DNA of 64,000 nucleotides from Phaeosaccion multiseriatum (Eukaryota > Protista > Ochrophyta, other classes), in assembly GCA_965112735.1 (NCBI GenBank), contig OZ218953.1, forward strand, positions 4,030,001-4,094,000. Direction: 5' to 3'. Positions 40,538 to 52,000 of the stretch are shown here, one piece after another (positions within the stretch are counted from its first letter, which is position 1; every line of letters starts with the position of its first letter). The position numbers and the translations under genes are program-made. The notes under the pieces were generated by a model. It saw only the letters and a list, made by a program, of their open reading frames with translations. It was not told where the DNA came from and made no database searches.

Positions 40538-42292
40538 GTGCTGGTGCTGCTGCTGCTGGCCCATCCCGCTATGGCGACCGCTGCTCTGCTGCGGCACCTG
40601 GGCTGTGCTCGCCGGGCTCGTCTGCTGTGGTTGAGCACGCTGCTGCTGGTGCTGGTGCTGGCGCTGCTGGTGCTGCTGGTGCTGCTGCTGCTGCTGGCCC
40701 ATCCCGCTTTGGCGACCGCTGCTCTGCTGTGGCACCTGGGCTATGCTCGCCGGGCTCATCTGCTGTGGCTGCTGCTGCTGCTGCTGCTGTTGGCCCATCC
40801 CGCTTTGGCGACCGCTGCTCTGCTGTGGCACCTGGGCTGTGCTCGCCGGGCTCGTCTGCTGTGGCTGAGCACCAGGCACGCGTGGCCACTTGCCCCCCTC
40901 CACAACCTGGGCTCTGACCTGCGAATTGAAATCCGCGCGACTTGTGGGGGCAGGCGCGTCCTCCACGGCTTGGACAGCATGGGAACGAGCAGCCGGGGCA
41001 GGGGCAGGGGGGACAGCAGGGGGGACAGCAGGGGCAGGGGCGACAGCAGCAGCCGGAGTACCAGATGCAGCGACACTCTCGAAAGCGGCGTCGTGCTGAG
41101 TATGAGCTGCACTGCTGCGTGCGGGCTCGGACCTCGCTGCTGTTGCTGCGGAGCCGAGTAGCTCTTCCTCCGCTGCTTCTGCTGCTGCTGTGACTGCTGG
41201 TCTCCCCTCCTCTACGGTGCCTTGGGCAGCAGTAGCCATCGCAGGCGTGCTGTGTTCGGCAACGATTTGGGGAGCCACGTCCCCCGCTGGTGGTTGCTGT
41301 TGAGGAGGGGTCTGAAGGGGGGAGTCCTTTGTCTTGTTCTTCGACGAAGCTCCCAAGATGCCCAATGTGTCCCAATTCACTTTCTCACTCTGAGGGGCAG
41401 TCTCACCGTTGAGCGCACTGTTGATGATAGTCTTGCTCTTGCTCTTGCTCTTCTTCGTCTTGTTCTTCTTTTTCTGCTGCTGCTGCTGCTGCTCCTCGTG
41501 CGGCTGTTTTTTGGGCCTTTGTAGCTGCATATCCTGCTGCCACAACGCTTCCCTCGATACCACAAAGGGTTGCGGACCGGTTTGATACGACACCATGGGG
41601 GGGGCAATCCTGGCCAGGGCCGCCTTTGCAGTCGCTTCCGGCAAGGGAGGTGGTGTGGACGCGTTTTTGTTCCCTCTATGAGACGATGTGGTGCCCTCCG
41701 CGCCTGCTCCCGTTGTGCCCAATCCGAACACGCTTCGCCACATTGTGGTCAAGATGCCCTCATTTTCGCTTGCGGCACGTGTGGCAGTGGTCACGAGGGG
41801 AACCTCTGTACTTGGGCCCTCCTTGCTGTCGCTTTTCACGCTCTCGGCCGCTTGCTGCTGCTCGCGAGGATTAATGAGTAAGCTGGGGCTTGATTTCGTT
41901 CCCTTGTCCAGCTCCTGTAGGTATTGCTGCCTCGTGAGGGTGCGTGGCTTACTGCTACTGGTTGCCCAAAACGCACGCCGAGAGCCGATGCGGCTACCAC
42001 AACTGCTCCTCCTGCCCGGGCTGCGTGAGACGGGGCTCCTTCTCCTCGCACCGCTGCTGCTTCTCACGCAGCTCTTGTCGACGGCAGCCGCAAAAGACAA
42101 GTCTCCTCTGGCTACTGGAGCTGCCGTCGTGGAGGCTGTACCATCTTCAACAATGTGCCGCAGCCTCTTGGTACTCGTAGCATGGCTTCGCCAGCCCACC
42201 TTCCCTGCGAGGAGGCGGCGGCCCTGGATACTGGTGCCAGAGCCGTAGCCACTCGCTACCGCTCGACACACCACCTGCCATGGAGACCGCAT
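34327..42292 (-). CDS. infB: Organellar (probably mitochondrial) translation initiation factor IF-2 with very long N-terminal extension
   Basis: [20 protein letters not shown]...[57 protein letters not shown]; IF2_N-like segment at ~38400-38100; Arg/Ser-rich N-terminus. Linkage of the 39.1-42.3 kb exon to the core is inferred from splice sites. Confidence 0.88.
40425..40872 (-). repeat. Four ~80-bp coding repeats (QPQQ[TM]SPAS[TI][10 protein letters not shown][QH]SGMGQ) separated by polyQ/H
   Basis: Copies at ~40425, 40557, 40694, 40791 within the IF2 first exon. Confidence 0.9.
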
Positions 42293-43021
42293 GATGAGTG
42301 CTACCGCTGGAGCTGCTACCCTGCGAACCACCCGCAGCTGCGGCACTCAGTCGGTGCCTCAGGGCTTTGTGTGTTTCATCGATCTTTGGATGGCGGAGTT
42401 TCGATGGCTTCTGCCCATATGCCTGTTTGTAATCCTAAAAGTAAAATTATTGGCCGCTCATTCAGCCGCCTCGCCGCGGGGCCGCGGGTGCGTGCATGGG
42501 GCTGAGGAGGGGAAGAATCACAAATAGGCCCCAAGGAGGTTCACCACCCCCCCCTCCACCGAGGGCAGCTACGCGGTCGAGTGGGGGGACGCGTGCTCAC
42601 GCTCTGCGGAGTCCTCGATGGGGAGATCCACTCCCGTTCCCACCCATAAAAGGTAATATCGTACTTGTGTTATTTGTAGGTACGTTTCTTTCTTACAGTG
42701 AGAGGCAGGCATACGAAGTACTTATGCCCGCAGTCCCGCAGTGCTCAATCGATGTCTGCGCCCCCCCCCTCTAGTGACGCCTGAACACTTTGCCTCTATT
42801 ATAAATACCTCCCACCCGCACAGCGAAAGCAGCGCAGCGCAAGAGAAGCCAATCGCTGCTTGCTCACTCGTCGCGAGCTTCGACCGCCTGCTTCGGCTGC
42901 TGCTCCGTTTGCCACCGTCTGTAGGTCGGAGTGGAGTACCTAAATGCGATGCTTCCCCGCTGCAGAAGATGGTGGAATGCAGGTGTCTCGCTTCGCTTAC
43001 TCATATCCGTGGACAACCAAC

Positions 43022-43621
43022 CTAGTCCTCCGACGGAGTCTCCTCCCTCCCAATCCATTTTGCCACCACGGGGGTCAGGGCCACTGTCGGTGGGAAGCGG
43101 ATTGGGGAGGCTGCCTTGTGAGCCGCATAGGCCACGGCAAAAGTACCCACCTTTTCTGACGTGTTGGTGGCAGAGATGCCCACCTTTGAGAGCAACGCCG
43201 AAATGTCGATACCATTGTCCACCAGCAGGTAGCAGATGCTGAAGCTCACCAAAGCAAAGCTGATGCTGGTGACAAGGTATGCGCTACCGTATCGCTTCAG
43301 AAGCTCCTTGGCCTGCCCCCCGCTGCCCTTCTTGCCGTCCTTCAGTGCCTTGAAGAGCCCCACCTCCAGCCCGTACTTTTTTGTCGTCTCGTCAAGGTCC
43401 TCATTGTCACCCTTGGCCGCCAAGCGCACCCCTGTCGCAAATCCGCTACCACAGCTCGTCCTCTGGCTGCTGCTTCGCTCCCCCCTCAGCTGCTGTTGCT
43501 TCAGGGCTTGAGTTTGTGGGAGAGGGCAAGGAGGAGGAGCAGCAGCAGGGCACATGAATGCCGTGCATGCACCCAGCAGGCATACGAATACCCCAAGCCA
43601 GCAGCACCGCGCCAGAGCCAT
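43022..43621 (-). CDS. FAM210/DUF1279-domain protein, plastid-targeted
   Basis: Single exon; signal MALARCCWLGVFVCLLGACTA-F (ASAF-type site); KYGLEVGLF, AKELLKRYGSAYLVTSI, GTFAVAYAAHKAASPIRFPPTVALTP. Confidence 0.88.
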   Translation of the reverse strand: MALARCCWLGVFVCLLGACTAFMCPAAAPPPCPLPQTQALKQQQLRGERSSSQRTSCGSGFATGVRLAAKGDNEDLDETTKKYGLEVGLFKALKDGKKGSGGQAKELLKRYGSAYLVTSISFALVSFSICYLLVDNGIDISALLSKVGISATNTSEKVGTFAVAYAAHKAASPIRFPPTVALTPVVAKWIGREETPSED

Positions 43622-43966
43622 TGGTGCAAACTTTATCCTACACTCGTTGTTGGGAGAATGCCAGGGCGAGGCGGAGTGTGGATATCCTGGCAAGAGAGCA
43701 GAAGGACAAGGGTTTGTTTTTGAAGGGGTTGGAAAAAAAAAGCGTGAATTCCAGCTCGTGGGCCTCGCTCAATTTCCATTTGCTTAATACCACCACGACG
43801 CTCTCTCCGCTCTCTATTGATCCAAGTCCAAGCAAGGCCGTTAGGAAGAGAGGGGCCCCGGCGATGCGTGGATGAATAATAAGCAGGGTGCTGGATAATT
43901 TTGGAAAGGCTTTTGAGGGTTTTTCGGCGGCTGTCGGCACCCCGAGCGACCGCCCGACCGCCAGCC

Positions 43967-44992
43967 ATGTCTGCCATGACGGAGGAGAAGAGAGGCGGCG
44001 CCGCAGGGGAGGCGAGTCGCAATAACGTCGTCGTGAAGGTGGGGATGGTGGGAGACGCGCAGGTGGGAAAGACGACGCTGATGGTCAAGTATGTGGAGAA
44101 CAAATTCGACGAGGAGTACATTATGACCCTCGGAGTTAACTTTATGGAAAAGACGATTACGCTGCGCAAGACCGAAATCACCTTTAGCATCTGGGACCTC
44201 GGAGGTAGGCAAGTAGGAGGGGGAGGCAGGCAACCTATTGAGGGAACACTGGCTCACATTCCTTCTCTTTTCAGGCCAACGCGAGTTCCTGTCCATGCTG
44301 CCGCTCGTGTGCAACGATGCTGTTGCCATCTTCTTCATGTTCGACTTGAGCAGAAAGAGCACCCTGGCCTCGGTCAAGGAGTGGTACCGACAGGTTGGTG
44401 GGGTGGGGTGGTCTTGTCTCTCGTGCTGGCAGCAACGCAAAACCAGCCCTGATGATGATATATTCCGCTCTCCTCGCTCCCGGCCTCCCGCACAGGTACG
44501 CGGACTGAATCGCAGCGCCAATGCGTTTCTCGTGGGAACCAAGTACGACGTGTACATGGGGCTGCCAGCAGAGGAGCAGGCCGACATTGAGAAGCAGGCC
44601 AAGAAGTTTGCCAGGGCCATGCACGCGCCGCTCATCTTCACCTCCGCCAGCCACAGCATCAACGTGCAGAAGATGTTCAAAGTCGTGCTCAGTAAGGTGC
44701 GTTGTGTTTTCTGCCAGAGGCGACTTGTTCTTCAAAGTCCAATGACTGTGTGTGTGTGTGTCTCTCTCTCTCTCTCTCTCTCTCCTCTCAGGTGTTCGAT
44801 TTGAGGTGCAACTTGGAGCAAATTCAGGGGCCAGGCGAGCCTTTGCTCATCTTTGTCGACACAAAGGCAGAGGGCAAGACCAGGGAGGAAGGAGGGCCAC
44901 CACAGCAGCAGCAGAGGGATGGCAGGGAGAGTCGGGACGCAGGCAGCAGCAGGGCGGCACATAAGAGTCCACCTCCCTCCCAGCTCGCGTGA
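43967..44992 (+). CDS. SPG1: Septum-promoting GTP-binding protein Spg1/Tem1
   Basis: [21 protein letters not shown]...TLGVNFMEK...[37 protein letters not shown]...VGTKYD; 4 exons. Confidence 0.93.
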
Positions 44993-45239
44993 TCCGACCA
45001 TCGCTCCGAGTCACAGCCTGGGCTGTGGCCTTTACTCTTGTACATGGACGTTTTTATTTTTTTATTTTTATTGGGTACACTTGAGAGCGGTCGGTCCTCA
45101 TCACCTCCCCCAAGCTCAAAAGCTCTTTCGCCCCGTGCGCCGGTCATCCATGATGCCTCACCACACAAGCCTCAAAAACTGGTTGGTGTGCTAAGCTCAG
45201 ATAACCCATGTACTTTGGATAAGAGTAGCTAACCGCTGC

Positions 45240-47160
45240 CCGGGACGCGAAACAAAACTGCTCGACTCGGCGACGGAGGCCTTGGGCTAGGCCTTGCCCT
45301 TACGTAAGGAACAAGGACTTCCATTTGCTAGGGCCCTCAGTTGGCGACGACTTGGGGGTAGCTAGACGTGTCTCAGTCGGGTGTGGCTGAGTGCCCATGG
45401 GAGGCAGGGGAAGACGTCCTTGTTCTTGTTTTGCTGGACTGGCTGCTAGCTGAATCCACTGAAATGTCAGCCAAGTTGCTTGACAGCAGCAGAGACCAGA
45501 GGGTGGACCTGCCTCCCCGGACGCTTCGGCGGGGTCCAGGGGTGGAAAAACGGGATGCGGTCAGGGAGCGTTTCAGCGAGTCACTACTCGTGGCAGCCCG
45601 ATCCCTCGAGTGTTGCATTCGCGAATTCCCGCACGGAGATTAGAAGCAAGGTGCGACGTCGCCCGCACAGAATCGTACGTACACAGACTTCATTGTCGAA
45701 CAATCGGCCCCTGACATGGTTCTGAGACAGGCCAGCCCAGAACCAGGAACCAACCTTGGCCCTCATCATTGCCTTATTACATGCCCCCCCAGAACCTGAG
45801 GAGGAGCGAGGGGGGACGCGTGCACGATTGGAGAACCAAGAGTAGCTAGACCCCGAACGGCGGAGGCCGCAGAGGCGACCGCCGCCGAACAAGGGAGAAA
45901 CCTGCCCCTCCGCGCAAAGGGCGTGGGAGCCGAGAACATTTTTTTGGTTGTCTAAAAGTAACATCTCACCGGCCGCCCCGGGGACTTTCCCCATCGGAAC
46001 AAACCAGGACCCTGTGTCCAACCGAACTGGAGCGCCACGGCCAATCGCCGCCGAGGTTGTGCCCGCAGGGCCAGGGATGGAGGGTCCACCCCGCCCCGTC
46101 CAACATTTTGGTTTGCTTCCTCGGTCCGCCAGCGTGTCTGGTCTCTGTCTGCCTCGTCGTCTGGCTGAGGTTGGCTCATCTGCGGCCCCCTGCTGCACTC
46201 CTCTCCCAGCTGCGTCACACCACTTCGGCCCCAACATCGCCGGACTGTGCCTCACCCCGCCCCCCCGGGGGCCTCACCCGCAGCCGGCTGGGCTCCTCTG
46301 CCACCTCCAGGTATGTGCCCTTCATACGCTGGGGTCTCGTCCCGCTCCGGGAAAAGCTTGGTGATCAGCCATGGCTCTCTCCATCTGTTGTCACTCAGCC
46401 ATGTGGGAGCAGATGATGGGCGGGTGCCGCGCGCTGTACAGGGCAGGGATGCTGTAGCTATGTGGGCCCGGCCGAACGCTCCTCGCAGCCAGCCTCCCCC
46501 CTTGCGGAGGAGAAGGGCCTCCGGTCTGCTGGCACTCGCAAGCAATATGATTGTCTAAAAGTAATGTCTCGCTCACCGCCCCGGCGGGGAACTTCGCCCC
46601 CGAGGTCGTATCCCTCCGACTCGTCAGTTCTCCCCATCGGCACAAAGGTGATACCAGCCAGGATCCTGTGGCGAATCGATTGTCGTTGGAGCGCTAGCTA
46701 CGGCCAGCCAATGCCGAGAACAAAGAGATGACGACTACAAACCGGATTCCAACACGTGGACCACCTTTATCTCACTCTCTGCACGCACGGAACAGGGAAA
46801 AAGCCACGCACGCAAACACACACGCACATCTCCGTGCTGGGCCGCAGCCTTAAGCGCCTTGACTCTCCGCGCACATACCCGTACTTCCTGGCTACCCCTG
46901 TGATGGCCCTTCCACTAGAGAAAGTTGAGCCACAGCGGCACTGGCAAAAGGCCCTGAAGGGTCGCTGGGCGGAGCTGGCTGGAGCCGCGCAGCGGATGCA
47001 GCTGGTCGACAAGTCAAGAAGCTCAGGACATGGCTGCGTGTCAAGCAAGAAGCAAGCTCTGGCGGATATTCTCCGGCCTGGCGGATCTTGTTGCCTTCTC
47101 TCGCCACTCAAGTCTAGGAGAGGCGGGCGTTCTCAGGAGGGGGGGGGGGCCAACAAGAAT
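45240..47160. other. Degenerate non-genic / transposon-remnant-like DNA with an internal duplication
   Basis: Only broken ORFs; ttgtctaaaagtaa...ccccatcgg[ac]acaaa occurs at ~45948 and ~46551. Confidence 0.35.
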
Positions 47161-47171
47161 TGATGCTCTCA

Positions 47172-49540
47172 GCCAGTCGGCCCCCAGTCTTTACTCCTCG
47201 TACCTGGACTTGTTCATCGGACAGGAGGCGCTGCAGCACGCCACTACACACCACAACATGGAGAGGTGAGAGGATGATGATGAGGAGGGGGGAGCAGAGC
47301 ACTTGGCGGTGATGGGGCGGCCACTACTCCCGTCCGGCCGTTGTCATTCTTGACAAGAATGGCACCGGCTACGCCGGCAGTGTTGAGCCGCAGCACAGGG
47401 AGGACCTGGACTTGATCGCTTTCCTCCCTGTGGTTCTCACTCACCCCCCCTCTCCTTCCCGAGATGGACCGCCCTAGAGATACAGGATTCCTCCCCGAAA
47501 CTTTTTACAGTACTCCCACTGTCCAACAACGACCAACATCCCCCTAATGCTGCTTTGCTTTGTGCCATGTAATGACATCTCAGTGCCTCTTGCTTGCTTG
47601 AGGTAGAGCTACCTCAAGTTGTGAGCCGCCCCTCAATACCCCGCTGAGATGATCATGTTTGTTTATTGCCGTGCAAGCCGTCATGGCTCTGGCGGCGTCG
47701 TGGAGCTCCAAGAAGGTGAGGAGGAGAGTGGAGTCGTTGCTTCGTTGCACGTATGTAGCGTCGTGGATGCATAGTAGGCTGGGCAGTGCTGCTGTACAGT
47801 AGTAGCGAGGAGGTAGAGAGAGAGAGAGATTGAGAGAGTCAGGAGCATCTCGAGGGCATAGACAGAGATTGAGAGAGTCAGTAGCATCTCGAAGGCATAG
47901 ACAGAGAGTCAGTCGCATCTCGAGGGCATAGACATTGAGAGAGTCAGTAGCATCTCGAAGGCATAGAGATTGAGAGAGTCAGTCGCATCTCGAGGGCATA
48001 GACAGAGAGTCAGTTGCATCTCGAGGGCATAGAGAGAGAGTCAGGAGCATCTCGAGGGCATAGACAGAGATCGAGAGAGTCAGTAGCATCTCGAGGGCAT
48101 AGAGAGAGATTGAGAAGAGTCAGGAGCATCTCGAGGGCATAGACAGAGAGTCAGGAGCATCTCGAGGGCATAGACAGAGAGTCAGGAGCATCTCGAGGGC
48201 ATAGACAGAGAGTCAGGAGCATCTCGAGGGCATAGACAGAGAGTCAGGAGCATCTCGAGGGCATAGACAGAGATCGAGAGAGTCAGTAGCATCTCGAGGG
48301 CATAGAGAGAGATTGAGAAGAGTCAGGAGCATCTCGAAGGCATAGACAGAGAGTCAGGAGCATCTCGAAGGCATAGACAGAGAGTCAGTTGCATCTCGAG
48401 GGCATAGAGAGAGAGTCAGGAGCATCTCGAGGGCATAGACAGAGATCGAGAGAGTCAGTAGCATCTCGAGGGCATAGACAGAGAGTCAGGAGCATCTCGA
48501 GGGCATAGACAGAGAGTCAGGAGCATCTCGAGGGCATAGACAGAGAGTCAGGAGCATCTCGAGGGCATAGAGATTGAGAGAGTCAGGAGCATCTCGAGGG
48601 CATAGACAGAGAGTCAGTCGCATCTCGAGGGCATAGACAGAGAGTCAGTCGCATCTCGAGGGCATAGACAGAGAGTCAGGAGCATCTCGAAGGCATAGAC
48701 AGAGAGTCAGGAGCATCTCGAGGGCATAGACAGAGAGTCAGTAGCATCTCGAAGGCATAGACAGAGAGTCAGTAGCATCTCGAGGGCATAGACAGAGAGT
48801 CAGTAGCATCTCGAGGGCATAGACAGAGAGTCAGTAGCATCTCGAGGGCATAGAGATCGAGAGAGTCAGGAGCATCTGAGGCATAGACAGAGAGTCAGTA
48901 GCATCTCGAGGGCATAGACAGAGAGTCAGGAGCATCTCGAGGGCATAGACAGAGAGGTGTATGCGTAACAGAGAGAGAGCAGCATCAGCCGAAAGCCAAG
49001 CCCAATCCATGACTTGTTCTTGTTGACCTGAATACAATAACCGATACCAGGTGTCAGAACGGACGTTGACGGGGACGGTCATCGACTCCGGGGATGGGGT
49101 GACACACGTCATTCCCGTGGCGGAGGGACACGTCATTGGCTCCTGCATCAAGCACATTCCGCTGGCGGGAAGGGACATTACCCATCTCCTCAGGGAGAGG
49201 AAAGAGGTGAGCACGGGAGGGAGGGATGGCAGCGCAAAGGTAGCATCATAGGTGTGTCCATCGGGCTGCTCTCATTCCCTCATCGGTTATGATCGGCGCG
49301 CGGGCTCTCTCTTGTCTGCCCTTGAATCGAAGCAACGGGCTTATCTCTGCCGTGGTCACTGTACTTGGTCACTTCACTTCACTTCACCCCCTACCCTGCC
49401 CATACACCATCCAGTCCATCCCGCCCGAGGACTCGCTGGACGCCGCCCGCCGCATCAAGGAGGAGCAAAATGTTACGTGTGTTCGGACATCGCCACGTCG
49501 AGCGTCTCTGAATCGTCACTCCGCACCCCCAACGCCCAAG
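47172..49540 (+). pseudogene. ARP3: ARP3 (actin-related protein 3) pseudogene, unprocessed and partial
   Basis: Fragments YLDLFIGQEAL..NMER (47172-47266), EPPLNTP/AE.IMF/FIAVQAVMALAASWSSKK (47610-47715), [42 protein letters not shown] (49051-49206), IPPEDSLDAARRIKEE/CYVCSDIA (49415-); internal deletions and frameshifts; introns retained. Confidence 0.88.
47815..48955. repeat. Minisatellite, 31-bp unit GAGAGTCAGGAGCATCTCGAGGGCATAGACA (~35 copies, with ~37-39-bp variants)
   Basis: Direct tandem array with variants cagGag/cagTag/cagTcg/cagTtg and cgaGgg/cgaAgg. Confidence 0.95.
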
Positions 49541-49619
49541 GGTGAGTACGATTGGACATGGCGCCCGACACGCGCTGCATTTACACATGATGTCTTCTCC
49601 AATGGTACTGACCCTCATA

Positions 49620-49852
49620 TCTTCCTTCCTTCCCTCCCTCTTCCTTCCTTCCCTCCTTTCTTCCTTCCTTCCTTCCTTCCTTCCTTCCTTCCTTCCCTCA
49701 CATCTTCCTTCCTTCCTTCCTTCCTCTCTTTCTTCCTTCCTTCCTTCCTTCCTTCCTTCCTTCCTTCCTTCCTTCCTTCCTTTCTCTCTTTCTTCCTTCC
49801 TTCCTTTCTTCCGTCCCTCCCATCTTCCTTCCTGCCTTCCGTCCTTCCTTCC
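49620..49852. repeat. (CCTT)n microsatellite
   Basis: ~230 bp polypyrimidine tract. Confidence 0.95.
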
Positions 49853-49900
49853 TGGGGGGGGGGGGCAACAACGTCGGCGTCGCTATCCGGGGCCAAGTCG

Positions 49901-50217
49901 CCTTGTCCGTGTGTCTAGTTCCATCCTATCTGTAGGCGACAGCGCATGTCGTTTTACACGTTAGGTGGCTGGGCGGCCGGTGGCGGCCGGAGGCACATGC
50001 ATTCCCGACCTGGCTGCCAGGCTGGCTTTGGGGTTGTAAAGAGTCACGTTGCTCTCTCTCCACCTAGGATAGGAGTAGCCGCATGGACAAGGTAATAGCA
50101 ACCCCAAAGCCAGCCTGGCAGCCAGCCTTGTCTCTATTGGGAGGTGAGTGAGAAACAGGCCACGCACCGTATTTGCCTGGGCCTGGGCCATTGACATAAT
50201 ACTGACTTTCAACAGAG
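49901..50217. mobile_element. Rearranged, degenerate copy of the foldback element at 52685-53117
   Basis: Shares ccttgtccgtgtgtc..gcgcatgtcg, ggctggctttggggttg / caaccccaaagccagcc and accgtat.tgcctgggcct.ggccattgac segments. Confidence 0.75.
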
Positions 50218-51014
50218 ACACGCCGACTTTGAGAACGCTCTTCCGCAGATTGCCCTCGAGCGACCCAGCCAGGAGTGCGGCAACATGACGAGTGGTACAA
50301 CCAGTCTCGCTATTGCTAGCAAGCGACTAAGAACAACCTAACCAATGAAGAGATGCAAAGAGCTGGAATAGTTGGAGGCCTTGCCACAGTCCAGATCAGA
50401 GGCCTGTGTCTCCTTTAGGTGAAGGTGCTTACCTAGAAGCAAGAGTGAGAAGGACTCCAGAGGTGGAGGCATTTGAGCCTATATGCCTATAGCATGCTAT
50501 ATTGTGATCTATGATATATCGATTCACAAGCATGCAAGGGCAGCAGTGGGGCAGCACCGGGCTGGCAGGCGCAGCCTTGAGACGCAATTCTATCGCTCGC
50601 ATCTCGGAAGAGGCGCGGATTAGTTGGGGTCTTTTGGCTTGGGGACCCAATCAGTACTAGTGTAACGGGCCAACGAGACGATAAACCAGTAATAAAGGGG
50701 GGCTAGAGCTGGCGCTCCTCTTGGTGCTCTTCAACAGCTTGATAAGCAAGAGTAGCGTGTGTGTGTGTGTGTGTTGAAAGGCTGCGGTGGTGCCCCCTGG
50801 CTCCAGAGGGCGGAACTGTGTACTGGTGTATCGTCCCACCAAAACCTTGTGATACTGTACCACCAACTGACCAACTGCTTCTACTGGACCTTTGCTCAGG
50901 TGGGGCGAGCACGCAACATGGGCCTGCCTCGTGAACAAGGGCCTCAAGGAGGCACGGGCATAGGAACGCCAAGATGGGCTCAATGGAGCGAGGAGACGGC
51001 GTGCTAGTACCGCG

Positions 51015-51553
51015 TGTTAGAAGTCGTACTTTTGCTAGACTGATACCTGCCCTCTGAATTCAGACCGGGAGGTATCAGTCTAGCAAAAGTACGACTTCTA
51101 ACAAGACCGTTGCTAGAGGACGAACCCCCCCCCCCCACCGCACATAGTGGAGAGAAGTATCTCGCAGTCTGAGAATCAGCATCATGGGCCAGCAAGCTGG
51201 TAACAGTTTTCGCCGAAAAATACGCTTTTTCACAAGCGACACCTCCCGGTCTGAATTCAGAGGGCAGGTATCAGTCTAGCAAAAGTACGACTTCTAACAA
51301 GGCTAGTTGTGAGTTCGAACCTTAGCTGTCGCTTGTGAAAAAGCGTATTTTTCGGCGAAAACTGTTACCAGCTTGCTGGCCCATGATGCTGATTCTCAGA
51401 CTGCAAGTTGCTTCTCCCCACTATGTGCGGTGGGGGGGGGGGGTTCGTCCTCTAGCAACGGTCTTGTTAGAAGTCGTACTTTTGCTAGACTGATACCTCC
51501 CGGTCTGAATTCAGAGGGCAGGTATCAGTCTAGCAAAAGTACGACTTCTAACA
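51015..51553. mobile_element. Non-autonomous foldback element (MITE-like): 227-bp inverted arms, each ending in an 89-bp hairpin; flanked by CGCG on both sides
   Basis: Arms 51015-51241 and 51327-51553 are reverse complements with 4 mismatches; termini TGTTAGAAG...CTTCTAACA. Confidence 0.8.
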
Positions 51554-51619
51554 CGCGTCGTCAGCCATCGCTCGGTACGCGCTCATCGTGCTGCTATTGG
51601 TGGGCTGTTGTTGGGTGTT

Positions 51620-51624
51620 AATAC

Positions 51625-51683
<59 letters not shown>
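51620..51683. repeat. (TA)n microsatellite
   Basis: ~30 TA units. Confidence 0.95.
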
Positions 51684-51685
<2 letters not shown>

Positions 51686-52000
51686 GTGTGTCCTGTTGTT
51701 GCTTCACGTGGGTCTGACATTGGGTGCAACGCACAGTGCACAGTGTGTGAGGTGCTTGCTTGTTGCTCCTTTTATGGATACTGACTGCCCGTGCGTGTGC
51801 AAGCGTGCTTGCCTTCGTTCTCTCCTATATCACACACCACGCAATATACATAGAATACACCACACCATATACATACATACATACATTGTTGGCCCAGCGC
51901 CACTTGCCCAACCATCCCCTCACGTCAGGAGCTGTTTTTGGTATCAGAACGGCTATTTTTCGCCCAAGTCCGCTGGTTTCGAAGGTTCATGGATGGTGAC

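Noticed and set aside
47815-48955. CRISPR-like array (31-bp unit with a palindromic core)
   Set aside because: Units are head-to-tail with no unique spacers, there are no cas genes, and the context is a eukaryotic intron
49289-49964. PSFL-repeat ORFs
   Set aside because: Translations of the (CCTT)n microsatellite
51004-51621. Two near-identical short ORFs (MLAHDADSQTA...) on opposite strands
   Set aside because: A by-product of the inverted repeat; non-ATG starts and no coding signal
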